Both the position numbers and the translations under genes were made by a program. A stretch of 64,000 bases of DNA from the human T2T-CHM13v2.0 reference genome, Homo sapiens. Of this stretch, positions 51,501-63,600 are shown piece after piece. The stretch lies in the NCBI RefSeq assembly GCF_009914755.1, contig NC_060934.1; one strand, given 5' to 3'. Below the pieces are notes generated by a model. It was given only the letters and a program-made list of their open reading frames with translations. It was not told the DNA's origin and searched no databases. Each line of letters starts with the position of its first letter. Positions within the stretch are counted from its first letter, which is position 1.

Positions 51501-54500
51501 CGTTGGAAACGGGATTTCTTCATATAACGCTAGACAGAAGAATTCTCAGTAACTTCTTTGTGTTGTGTGTATTCAACTCACAGAGTTGAACCTTTCTTTA
51601 GAGGGAGCAGAGGTGAAACAGTCTTTTTGTGGAATTTGCTAGTGTAGATTTCAAACGCTTCGAAGTCAGTGATAGAAAAGGATATATCTTCGTATTAAAA
51701 GTAGACAAAATCATTCTCAGAAAACTCTTTGTGATGTGTGTGTTCAACTCACAGAGTTTAACCTTTCTTTAACCGAGCAGTTTGGAAATACACTCTTTGT
51801 AAGTCTGCAGGTGGATATTTGGCCCTCTTTGAGCCCTTCTTTGGAAACGGGATTTCCTCTTATAATGCTAGACAGAAGAATTCTCAGTAACTTCTCTGTG
51901 TTGTTTGTATTCAACTCACAGATTTGAACCTTCCTTTATAGAGAGCAGATTTGAAACACTCTGTTTTTGGAATTTGCAAGTGCAGATTTCAAGCACTTCT
52001 AGGCCTATGGCAGAAAAGGAAATATCTTCGTATAAAAACTACACAGAATCATTCTCAACAACTACTTTGTGATGTGTGCGTTCAACTCACAGAGTTTAAC
52101 CTTTCTTTTCATAGAGCAGTTTGGAAACACTCTGTTTGTAAAGCCTGCAAGTGCTTTTTTGGACTTCATTGAGGCCTTCGTTGGAAACGGGATTTCTTCA
52201 TACAACGCTAGACAGAAGAATTCTCAGTAACTTCTTTGTGTTGTGTGTATTCAACTCACAGAGTTGAACCTTTCTTTAGAGAGAGCAGAGTTGAAACACT
52301 CTGTTTTTGGAATTTGCAAGTGCAGATTTCAAGCGATTCTAGGCCTATGGCAGAAAAGGAAATATCTTCGTATAAAAACTACACAGAATCATTCTCAACA
52401 ACTACTTTGTGATGTGTGCGTTCAACTCACAGAGTTTAACCTTTCTTTTCATAGAGCAGTTTGGAAACACTCTGTTTGTAAAGCCTGCAAGTGCTTTTTT
52501 GGACTTCATTGAGGACTTCGTTGGAAACGGGATTTCTTCATATAATGCTAGACAGAAGAATTCTCAGTCACTTCTTTGTGTTGTGTGTATTCAAGTCACA
52601 GAGTTGAACCTTCCTTTAGACAGAGCAGTTTTGAAAAATTCTTTCTGTGGAGTTTGCAAGTGGAGATTTCAAGCGATTTGAGGCTAATCTTTGAAATGGA
52701 AATATCTTCGTGTAAAAACTACACAGAATCATTCTCAGAAACTGCTTTGTCATCTGTGCGTTCAGTTCACAGAGTTTCACCTTTCTCTTCATAGAGCAGT
52801 TTGGAAAGACTCTGTCTGTAAAGTCCGCAAGTGATTAGTTAGACCCCTTTGAGGCCTTCGTTGGAAGCGGGATTTCCCATTTACTGCTAGACAGAAGAAT
52901 TCTCAGTAAATCCTTTGTGTTGTGTGCATTCAACTCACAGAGTGGAACCTTCCTTTATTCAGAGCACTTTTGAAAAACACTTTTTGTGGAATTTGCAAGT
53001 GGAGATTTCAAGCGATTTGACGCCAATCTTAGACATGGAAATATCTTCATATTAAAAGTACACAGAGTCATTCGTAAAAACTAGTTTGTGATGTGTGCCT
53101 TCAACTCACAGAGTTTAACCTTTCTTTTCATAGAGCAGTTTGGAAACACTCTATTTGTAAAGTCTGCAAGTGGATATTTGGACCTCTTTGAGGCCTTCGT
53201 TGGAAACGGGATTTCTTCATACAACGCTAGACAGAAGAATTCTCAGTAACTTCTTTGTGTTGTGTGTATTCAACTCACAGAGTTGAACCTTTCTTTAGAG
53301 AGAGCAGAGTTGAAACACTCTGTGTTTGGAATTGGCAAGTGTAGATTTCAAGCTATTCTAGGCCTATGGCAGAAAAGGAAATATCTTCATATAAAAACTA
53401 CACAGAATCATTCTCAACAACTACTTTGTGATGTGTGCGTTCAACTCACAGAGTTTAAACTTTCTTTTCATAGAGCAGTTTGGAAACACTCTGTTTGTGA
53501 AGCCTGCAAGTGCTTTTTTGGACTTCATTGAGGCCTTCGTTGGAAACGGGATTTCTTCATATAATGCTAGACAGAAGAATTCTCAGTCACTTCTTTGTGT
53601 TGTGTGTATTCAAGTCACAGAGTTGAACCTTCCTTTAGACAGAGCAGTTTTGAAAAATTCTTTCTGTGGAATTTGCAAGTGGAGATTTCAAGCGATTTGA
53701 GGCTAATCTTTGTAATGGAAATATCTTCGTGTAAAAACTACACAGAATCATTCTCAGAAACTGCTTTGTCATCTGTGCGTTCAGTTCACAGAGTTTCACC
53801 TTTCTCTTCATAGAGCAGTTTGGAAAGACTCTGTCTGTAAAGTGTGCAAGTGATTAGTTAGACCCCTTTGAGGCCTTCGTTGGAAGCGGGATTTCTCATT
53901 TACTGCTAGACAGAAGAATTCTCAGTAAATCCTTTGTGTTGTGTGTATTCAACTCACAGAGTGGAACCTTCCTTTATTCAGAGCAGTTTTGAAACACTCT
54001 TTTTGTGGAATTTGCAAGTGGAGATTTCAAGCGATTTGACGCCAATCTTAGACATGGAAATATCTTCATATTAAAAGTACACAGAGTCATTCGTAGAAAC
54101 TAGTTTGTGATGTGTGCCTTCAACTCACAGAGTTTAACCTTTCTTTTCATAGAGCAGTTTGGAAACACTCTGTTTGTAAAGTCTGCAAGTGGATATTTGG
54201 ACCTCTTTGAGGCCTTCGTTGGAAACGGGATTTCTTCATACAACGCTAGACAGAAGAATTCTCAGTAACTTCTTTGTGTTGTGTGTATTCAACTCACAGA
54301 GTTGAACCTTTCTTTAGAGAGAGAGCAGAGTTGAAACACTCTGTTTTTGGAATTTGCAAGTGCAGATTTCAAGCGATTCTAGGCCTATGGCAGAAAAGGA
54401 AATATCTTCGTATAAAAACTACACAGAATCATTCTCAACAACTACTCTGTGATGTGTGCGTTCAACTCACAAAGTTTAACCTTTCTTTTCATAGAGAAGT

Positions 54501-57500
54501 TTGGAAACACTCTGTTTGTAAAGCCTGCAAGTGCTTTTTTGGACTTCATTGAGGCCTTCGTTGGAAACGGGATTTCTTCATATAATGCTAGACAGAAGAA
54601 TTCTCAGTAAATCCTTTATGTTGTGTTTATTCAACTCACAGAGTGGAACCTTCCTTTATTCAGAGCAGTTTTGAAACACTCTTTTTGTGGAATTTGCAAG
54701 TGGAGATTTCAAGCGATTTGACTCCAATCTTAGACATGGAAATATCTTCATATTAAAAGTACACAGAGTCATTCGTAGAAACTAGATTGTGATGTGTGCC
54801 TTCAACTCACAGAGTTTAACCTTTCTTTTCATAGAGCAGTTCGGAAACACTCTATTTGTAAAGTCTGCAAGTGGATATTTGGACCTCTTTGAGGCCTTCA
54901 TTGGAAACGGGATTTCTTCATATAACGCTAGACAGAAGAATTTTCAGTAACTTCTTTGTGTTGTGTATATTCAACTCACAGAGTTGAACCTTTCTTTAGA
55001 GAGAGCAGAGTTGAAACACTCTTTTTGTGGAATTTGCTAGTGCAGATTTCAAACGCTTCGAAGACAGTGATAGCAAAGGATATATCTTCGTATTAAAACT
55101 TGACAAAATCATTCTCAGAAAACACTTTGTGATGTGTGTGTTCAACTCACAGAGTTTAACCTTTCTTTAATCGAGCAGTTTGGAAATACACTCTTTGTAA
55201 GTCTGCAGGTGGATATTTGGCCCTCTTTGAGCCCTTCGTTGGAAACGGGATTTCCTCATATAATGCTAGACAGAAGAATTCTCAGTAACTTCTTTGTGTT
55301 GTTTGTATTCAACTCACAGATTTGAACCTTCCTTTAGAGAGGGCAGATTTGAAACACTCTGTTTTTGGAATTTGCAAGTGCAGATTTCAAGCGCTTCTAG
55401 GCCTATGGCAGAAAAGGAAATATCTTCGTATAAAAACTACACAGAATCATTCTCAACAACTACTTTGTGATGTGTGCGTTCAACTCACAGAGTTTAACCT
55501 TTCTTTTCATAGAGCAGTTTGGAAACACTCTGTTTGTAAAGCCTGCAAGTGCTTTTTTGGACTTCATTGAGGCCTTCGTTGGAAACGGGATTTCTTCATA
55601 TAATGCTAGACAGAAGAATTCTCAGTCACTTCTTTGTGTTGTGTGTATTCAAGTCACAGAGTTGAACCTTCCTTTAGACAGAGCAGTTTTGAAAAATTCT
55701 TTCTGTGGAGTTTGCAAGTGGAGATTTCAAGCGATTTGAGGCTAATCTTTGAAATGGAAATATCTTCGTGTAAAAACTACACAGAAGCATTCTCAGAAAC
55801 TGCTTTGTCATCTGTGCGTTCAGTTCACAGAGTTTCACCTTTCTCTTCATAGAGCAGTTTGGAAAGATTCTGTCTGTAAAGTCTGCAAGTGATTAGTTAG
55901 ACCCCTTTGAGGCCTTCGTTGGAAGCGGGATTTCTCATTTACTGCTAGACAGAAGAATTCTCAGTAAATCCTTTGTGTTGTGTGTATTCAACTCACAGAG
56001 TGGAACCTTCCTTTATTCAGAGCAGTTTTGAAAAACACTTTTTGTGGAATTTGCAAGTGGAGATTTCAAGCGATTTGACGCCAATCTTAGACATGGAAAT
56101 ATCTTCATATTAAAAGTACACAGAGTCATGCGTAGAAACTAGTTTGTGATGTGTGCCTTCAACTCACAGAGTTTAACCTCTCTTTTCATAGAGCAGTTTG
56201 GAAACACTCTGTTTGTAAAGCCTGCAAGTGCTTTTTTGGACTTCATTGAGGCCTTCGTTGGAAACGGGATTTCTTCATACAACGCTAGACAGAAGTATTC
56301 TCAGTAACTTCTTTGTGTTGTGTGTATTCAACTCACAGAGTTGAAACTTTCTTTAGAGAGAGCAGAGTTGAAACACTCTGTTTTTGGAATTTGCAAGGGC
56401 AGATTTGAAGCGCTTCTAGGCCTATGGCAGAAAAGGAAATATCTTCGTATAAAAACTACACAGAATCATTCTCAACAACTACTTTGTGATGTGTGCGTTC
56501 AACTCACAAAGTTTAACCTTTCTTTTCATAGAGCAGTTTGGAAACACTCTGTTTGTAAAGCCTGCAATTGTTTATTTGGACTTCATTGAGGCCTTCGTTG
56601 GAAAGGGGATTTCTTCATATAATGCTAGACAGAAGAATTCTCAGTAAATCCTTTGTGTTGTGTGTATTCAGCTCACAGAGTGGAACCTTCTTTTATTCAG
56701 AGCAGTTTTGAAACACACTTTTTGTGGAATTTGCAAGTGGAGATTTCAAGCGATTTGACGTCAATCTTAGACATGGAAATATCTTCATATTAATAGTACA
56801 CAGAGTCATTCGTAGAAACTAGTTTGTGATGTGTGCCTTCAACTCACAGAGTTTAACCTTTCTTTTCATAGAGCAGTTCGGAAACACTCTATTTGTAAAG
56901 TCTGCAAGTGGATATTTGGACCTCTTTGAGGCCTTCGTTGGAAACGGGATTTCTTCATATAACGCTAGACAGAAGAATTCTCAGTAACTTCTTTGTGTTG
57001 TGTGTATTTAACTCACAGAGTTGAACTTTTCTTTAGAGAGAGCAGAGTTGAACCACTCTTTTTGTGGAATTTGCTAGTGCAGATTTCAAACGCTTCGAAG
57101 ACAGTGATAGCAAAGGATATATCTTCGTATTAAAAGTAGACAAAATCATTCTCAGAAAACACTTTGTGATGTGTGTGTTCAACTCACAGAGTTTAACCTT
57201 TCTTTAATCGAGCAGTTTGGAAATACACTCTTTGTAAGTCTGCAGGTGGATAATTGTCCCTCTTTGAGCCCTTCGTTGGAAACGGGATTTCCTCATATAA
57301 TGCTAGACAGAAGAATTCTCAGTAACTTCTTTGTTTTGTTTGTATTCAACTCACAGATTTGAACCTTCCTTTAGAGAGAGCAGATTTGAAACACTCTGTT
57401 TTTAGAATTTGCAAGTGCAGATTTCAAGCGCTTCTAGGCCTATGGCAGAAAAGGAAATATCTTCGTATAAAAACTACACAGAATCATTCTCAACAACTAC

Positions 57501-57652
57501 TTTGTGATGTGTGCGTTCAACTCACAGAGTTTAACCTTTCTTTTCATAGAGCAGTTTGGAAACACTCTGTTTGTAAAGCCTGCAAGTGCTTTTTTGGACT
57601 TCATTGAGGCCTTCGTTGGAAACGGGATTTCTTCATATAATGCTAGACAGAA

Positions 57653-60600
57653 GAATTCTCAGTCACTTCTTTGTGTTGTGTGTATTCAAGTCACAGAGTT
57701 GAACCTTCTTTTAGACAGAGCAGTTTTGAAAAATTCTTTCTGTGGAATTTGCAAGTGGAGATTTCAAGCGATTTGAGGCTAATCTTTGAAATGGAAATAT
57801 CTTCGTGTAAAAACTACACAGAATCATTCTCAGAAACTGCTTTGTTATCTGTGCGTTCAGTTCACAGAGTTTCACCTTTCTCTTCATAGAGCAGTTTGGA
57901 AAGACTCTGTCTGTAAGTCTGCAAGTGATTAGTTAGACCCCTTTGAGGCCTTCGTTGGAAGCGGGATTTCTCATTTACTGCTAGACAGAAGAATTCTCAG
58001 TAAATCCTTTGTGTTGTGTGTATTCAACTCACAGAGTGGAACCTTCCTTTATTCAGAGCAGTTTTGAAAAACACTTTTTGTGGAATTTGCAAGTGGAGAT
58101 TTCAAGCGATTTGACGCCAATCTTAGACATGGAAATATCTTCATATTAAAAGTACACAGAGTCATTCGTAGAAACTAGTTTGTGATGTGTGCCTTCAACT
58201 CACAGAGTTTAACCTTTCTTTTCATAGAGCAGTTTGGAAACACTCTGTTTGTAAAGTCTGCAAGTGGATATTTGGACCTCTTTGAGGCCTTCGTTGGAAA
58301 CGGGATTTCTTCATACAACGCTAGACAGAAGAATTCTCAGTAACTTCTTTGTGTTGTGTGTATTCAACTCACAGAGTTGAACCTTTCTTTAGAGAGAGCA
58401 GAGTTGAAACACTCTGTTTTTGGAATTTGCAAGTGCAGATTTCAAGCGATTCTAGGCCTATGGCAGAAAAGGAAATATCTTCGTATAAAAACTACACAGA
58501 ATCATTCTCAACAACTACTCTGTGATGTGTGCGTTCAACTCACAAAGTTTAACCTTTCTTTTCATAGAGAAGTTTGGAAACACTCTGTTTGTAAAGCCTG
58601 CAAGTGCTTTTTTGGACTTCATTGAGGCCTTCGTTGGAAACGGGATTTCTTCATATAATGCTACACAGAAGAATTCTCAGTAAATCCTTTGTGTTGTGTT
58701 TATTCAACTCACAGAGTGGAACCTTCCTTTATTCAGAGCAGTTTTGAAACACTCTTTTTGTGGAATTTGCAAGTGGAGATTTCAAGCGATTTGACTCCAA
58801 TCTTAGACATGGAAATATCTTCATATTAAAAGTACACAGAGTCATTCGTAGAAACTAGATTGTGATGTGTGCCTTCAACTCACAGAGTTTAACCTTTCTT
58901 TTCATAGAGCAGTTCGGAAACACTCTATTTGTAAAGTCTGCAAGTGGATATTTGGACCTCTTTGAGGCCTTCATTGGAAACGGGATTTCTTCATATAACG
59001 CTAGACAGAAGAATTTTCAGTAACTTCTTTGTGTTGTGTATATTCAACTCACAGAGTTGAACCTTTCTTTAGAGAGAGCAGAGTTGAAACACTCTTTTTG
59101 TGGAATTTGCTAGTGCAGATTTCAAACGCTTCGAAGACAGTGATAGCAAAGGATATATCTTCGTATTAAAACTTGACAAAATCATTCTCAGAAAACACTT
59201 TGTGATGTGTGTGTTCAACTCACAGAGTTTAACCTTTCTTTAATCGAGCAGTTTGGAAATACACTCTTTGTAAGTCTGCAGGTGGATAATTGGCCCTCTT
59301 TGAGCCCTTCGTTGGAAACGGGATTTCCTCATATAATGCTAGACAGAAGAATTCTCAGTAACTTCTTTGTGTTGTTTGTATTCAACTCACAGATTTGAAC
59401 CTTCCTTTAGAGAGGGCAGATTTGAAACACTCTGTTTTTGGAATTTGCAAGTGCAGATTTCAAGCGCTTCTAGGCCTATGGCAGAAAAGGAAATATCTTC
59501 GTATAAAAACTACACAGAATCATTCTCAACAACTACTTTGTGATGTGTGCGTTCAACTCACACAGTTTAACCTTTCTTTTCATAGAGCAGTTTGGAAACA
59601 CTCTGTTTGTAAAGCCTGCAAGTGCTTTTTTGGACTTCATTGAGGCCTTCGTTGGAAACGGGATTTCTTCATATAATGCTAGACAGAAGAATTCTCAGTC
59701 ACTTCTTTGTGTTGTGTGTATTCAAGTCACAGAGTTGAACCTTCCTTTAGACAGAGCAGTTTTGAAAAATTCTTTCTGTGGAGTTTGCAAGTGGAGATTT
59801 CAAGCGATTTGAGGCTAATCTTTGAAATGGAAATATCTTCATGTAAAAACTACACAGAAGCATTCTCAGAAACTGCTTTGTCATCTGTGCGTTCAGTTCA
59901 CAGAGTTTCACCTTTCTCTTCATAGAGCAGTTTGGAAAGATTCTGTCTGTAAAGTCTGCAAGTGATTAGTTAGACCCCTTTGAGGCCTTCGTTGGAAGCG
60001 GGATTTCTCATTTACTGCTAGACAGAAGAATTCTCAGTAAATCCTTTGTGTTGTGTGTATTCAACTCACAGAGTGGAACCTTCCTTTATTCAGAGCAGTT
60101 TTGAAAAACACTTTTTGTGGAATTTGCAAGTGGAGATTTCAAGCGATTTGACGCCAATCTTAGACATGGAAATATCTTCATATTAAAAGTACACAGATTC
60201 ATTCGTAGAAACTAGTTTGTGATGTGTGCCTTCAACTCACAGAGTTTAACCTTTCTTTTCATAGAGCAGTTTGGAAACACTCTATTTGTAAAGTCTGCAA
60301 GTGGATATTTGGACCTCTTTGAGGCCTTCGTTGGAAACGGGATTTCTTCATATAACGCTAGACAGAAGAATTCTCAGTAACTTCTTTGTGTTGTGTGTAT
60401 TCAACTCACCGAGTTGAACCTTTCTTTAGAGAGAGCAGAGTTGAAACACTCTTCTTGTGGAATTTGCTAGTGCAGATTTCCAACGCTTCGAAGACAGTGA
60501 TAGAAAAGGATATATCTTCGTATTAAAACTAGACAAAATCATTCTCAGAAAACACTTTGTGATGTGTGTGTTCAACTCACAGAGTTTAACCTTTCTTTAA

Positions 60601-63600
60601 TCGAGCAGTTTGGAAATACACTCTTTGTAAGTCTGCAGGTGGATAATTGGCCCTCTTTGAGCCCTTCATTGGAAACGGGATTTCCTCATATAATGCTAGA
60701 CAGAAGAATTCTCAGTAACTTCTTTGTGTTGTTTGTATTCAACTCACAGATTTGAACCTTCCTTTAGAGAGAGCAGATTTGAAACACTCTGTTTTTGGAA
60801 TTTGCAAGTGCAGATTTCAAGCGCTTCTAGGCCTATGGCAGAAAAGGAAATATCTTTGTATAAAAACTACAAAGAATCATTATCAACAACTACTTTGTGA
60901 TGTGTGCTTTCAACTCACAGAGTTTAACCTTTCTTTTCTTAGAGCAGTTTGGAAACACTCTGTTTGTAAAGCCTGCAAGTGCTTTTTTGGACTTCATTGA
61001 GGCCTTCGTTGGAAACGGGATTTCTTCATATAATGCTAGCAGAAGAATTCTCAGTCAGTTCTTTGTGTTGTGTGTATTCAAGTCACAGAGTTGAACCTTC
61101 TTTTAGCAGAGCAGTTTTGAAAAATTCTTTCTGTGGAATTTGCAAGTGGAGATTTCAAGCGATTTGAGGCTAATCTTTGAAATGGAAATATCTTCGTGTA
61201 AAAACTACACAGAATCATTCTCAGAAACTGCTTTGTTATCTGTGCGTTCAGTTCACAGAGTTTCACCTTTCTCTTCATAGAGCAGTTTGGAAAGACTCTG
61301 TCTGTAAGTCTGCAAGTGATTAGTTAGACCCCTTTGAGGCCTTCGTTGGAAGCGGGATTTCTCATTTACTGCTAGACAGAAGAATTCTCAGTAAATCCTT
61401 TGTGTTGTGTGTATTCAACTCACAGAGTGGAACCTTCCTTTATTCAGAGCAGTTTTGAAAAACACTTTTTGTGGAATTTGCAAGTGGAGATTTCAAGCGA
61501 TTTGACGCCAATCTTAGACATGGAAATATCTTCATATTAAAAGTACACAGAGTCATTCGTAGAAACTAGTTTGTGATGTGTGCCTTCAACTCACAGAGTT
61601 TAACCTTTCTTTTCATAGAGCAGTTTGGAAACACTCTGTTTGTAAAGTCTGCAAGTGGATATTTGGACCTCTTTGAGGCCTTCGTTGGAAACGGGATTTC
61701 TTCATACAACGCTAGACAGAAGAATTCTCAGTAACTTCTTTGTGTTGTGTGTATTCAACTCACAGAGTTGAACCTTTCTTTAGAGAGAGCAGAGTTGAAA
61801 CACTCTGTTTTTGGAATTTGCAAGTGCAGATTTCAAGCGATTCTAGGCCTATGGCAGAAAAGGAAATATCTTCGTATAAAAACTACACAGAATCATTCTC
61901 AACAACTACTCTGTGATGTGTGCGTTCAACTCACAAAGTTTAACCTTTCTTTTCATAGAGAAGTTTGGAAACACTCTGTTTGTAAAGCCTGCAAGTGCTT
62001 TTTTGGACTTCATTGAGGCCTTCGTTGGAAACGGGATTTCTTCATATAATGCTAGACAGAAGAATTCTCAGTAAATCTTTGGGTTGTGTTTATTCAACTC
62101 ACAGAGTGGAACCTTCCTTTATTCAGAGCAGTTTTGAAACACTCTTTTTGTGGAATTTGCAAGTGGAGATTTCAAGCGATTTGACTCCAATCTTAGACAT
62201 GGAAATATCTTCATATTAAAAGTACACAGAGTCATTCGTAGAAACTAGATTGTGATGTGTGCCTTCAACTCACAGAGTTTAACCTTTCTTTTCATAGAGC
62301 AGTTCGGAAACACTCTATTTGTAAAGTCTGCAAGTGGATATTTGGACCTCTTTGAGGCCTTCATTGGAAACGGGATTTCTTCATATAACGCTAGACAGAA
62401 GAATTTTCAGTAACTTCTTTGTGTTGTGTATATTCAACTCACAGAGTTGAACCTTTCTTTAGAGAGAGCAGAGTTGAAACACTCTTTTTGTGGAATTTGC
62501 TAGTGCAGATTTCAAACGCTTCGAAGACAGTGATAGCAAAGGATATATCTTCGTATTAAAACTTGACAAAATCATTCTCAGAAAACACTTTGTGATGTGT
62601 GTGTTCAACTCACAGAGTTTAACCTTTCTTTAATCGAGCAGTTTGGAAATACACTCTTTGTAAGTCTGCAGGTGGATAATTGGCCCTCTTTGAGCCCTTC
62701 GTTGGAAACGGGATTTCCTCATATAATGCTAGACAGAAGAATTCTCAGTAACTTCTTTGTGTTGTTTGTATTCAACTCACAGATTTGAACCTTCCTTTAG
62801 AGAGGGCAGATTTGAAACACTCTGTTTTTGGAATTTGCAAGTGCAGATTTCAAGCGCTTCTAGGCCTATGGCAGAAAAGGAAATATCTTCGTATAAAAAC
62901 TACACAGAATCATTCTCAACAACTACTTTGTGATGTGTGCGTTCAACTCACAGAGTTTAACCTTTCTTTTCATAGAGCAGTTTGGAAACACTCTGTTTGT
63001 AAAGCCTGCAAGTGCTTTTTTGGACTTCATTGAGGCCTTCGTTGGAAACGGGATTTCTTCATATAATGCTAGACAGAAGAATTCTCAGTCACTTCTTTGT
63101 GTTGTGTGTATTCAAGTCACAGAGTTGAACCTTCCTTTAGACAGAGCAGTTTTGAAAAATTCTTTCTGTGGAGTTTGCAAGTGGAGATTTCAAGCGATTT
63201 GAGGCTAATCTTTGAAATGGAAATATCTTCGTGTAAAAACTACACAGAAGCATTCTCAGAAACTGCTTTGTCATCTGTGCGTTCAGTTCACAGAGTTTCA
63301 CCTTTCTCTTCATAGAGCAGTTTGGAAAGATTCTGTCTGTAAAGTCTGCAAGTGATTAGTTAGACCCCTTTGAGGCCTTCGTTGGAAGCGGGATTTCTCA
63401 TTTACTGCTAGACAGAAGAATTCTCAGTAAATCCTTTGTGTTGTGTGTATTCAACTCACAGAGTGGAACCTTCCTTTATTCAGAGCAGTTTTGAAAAACA
63501 CTTTTTGTGGAATTTGCAAGTGGAGATTTCAAGCGATTTGACGCCAATCTTAGACATGGAAATATCTTCATATTAAAAGTACACAGATTCATTCGTAGAA

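Noticed and set aside
959-63078. Possibility that the order of HOR variants encodes a long regular super-period or a programmed code
   Set aside because: The unit order shows no sustained periodicity, and matching blocks sit at inconsistent offsets (2037, 2377, 3056, 3390, 6789, 23422-25459, 33948-37002). This is consistent with stochastic duplication and deletion.
304-63315. Many short ORFs (60-147 aa), including Cys-rich 'HSVCKACKC' peptides that superficially resemble zinc-binding proteins
   Set aside because: They are translations of the same satellite monomers in overlapping frames, many starting at GTG/TTG. They open and close with single SNVs and have no gene context.
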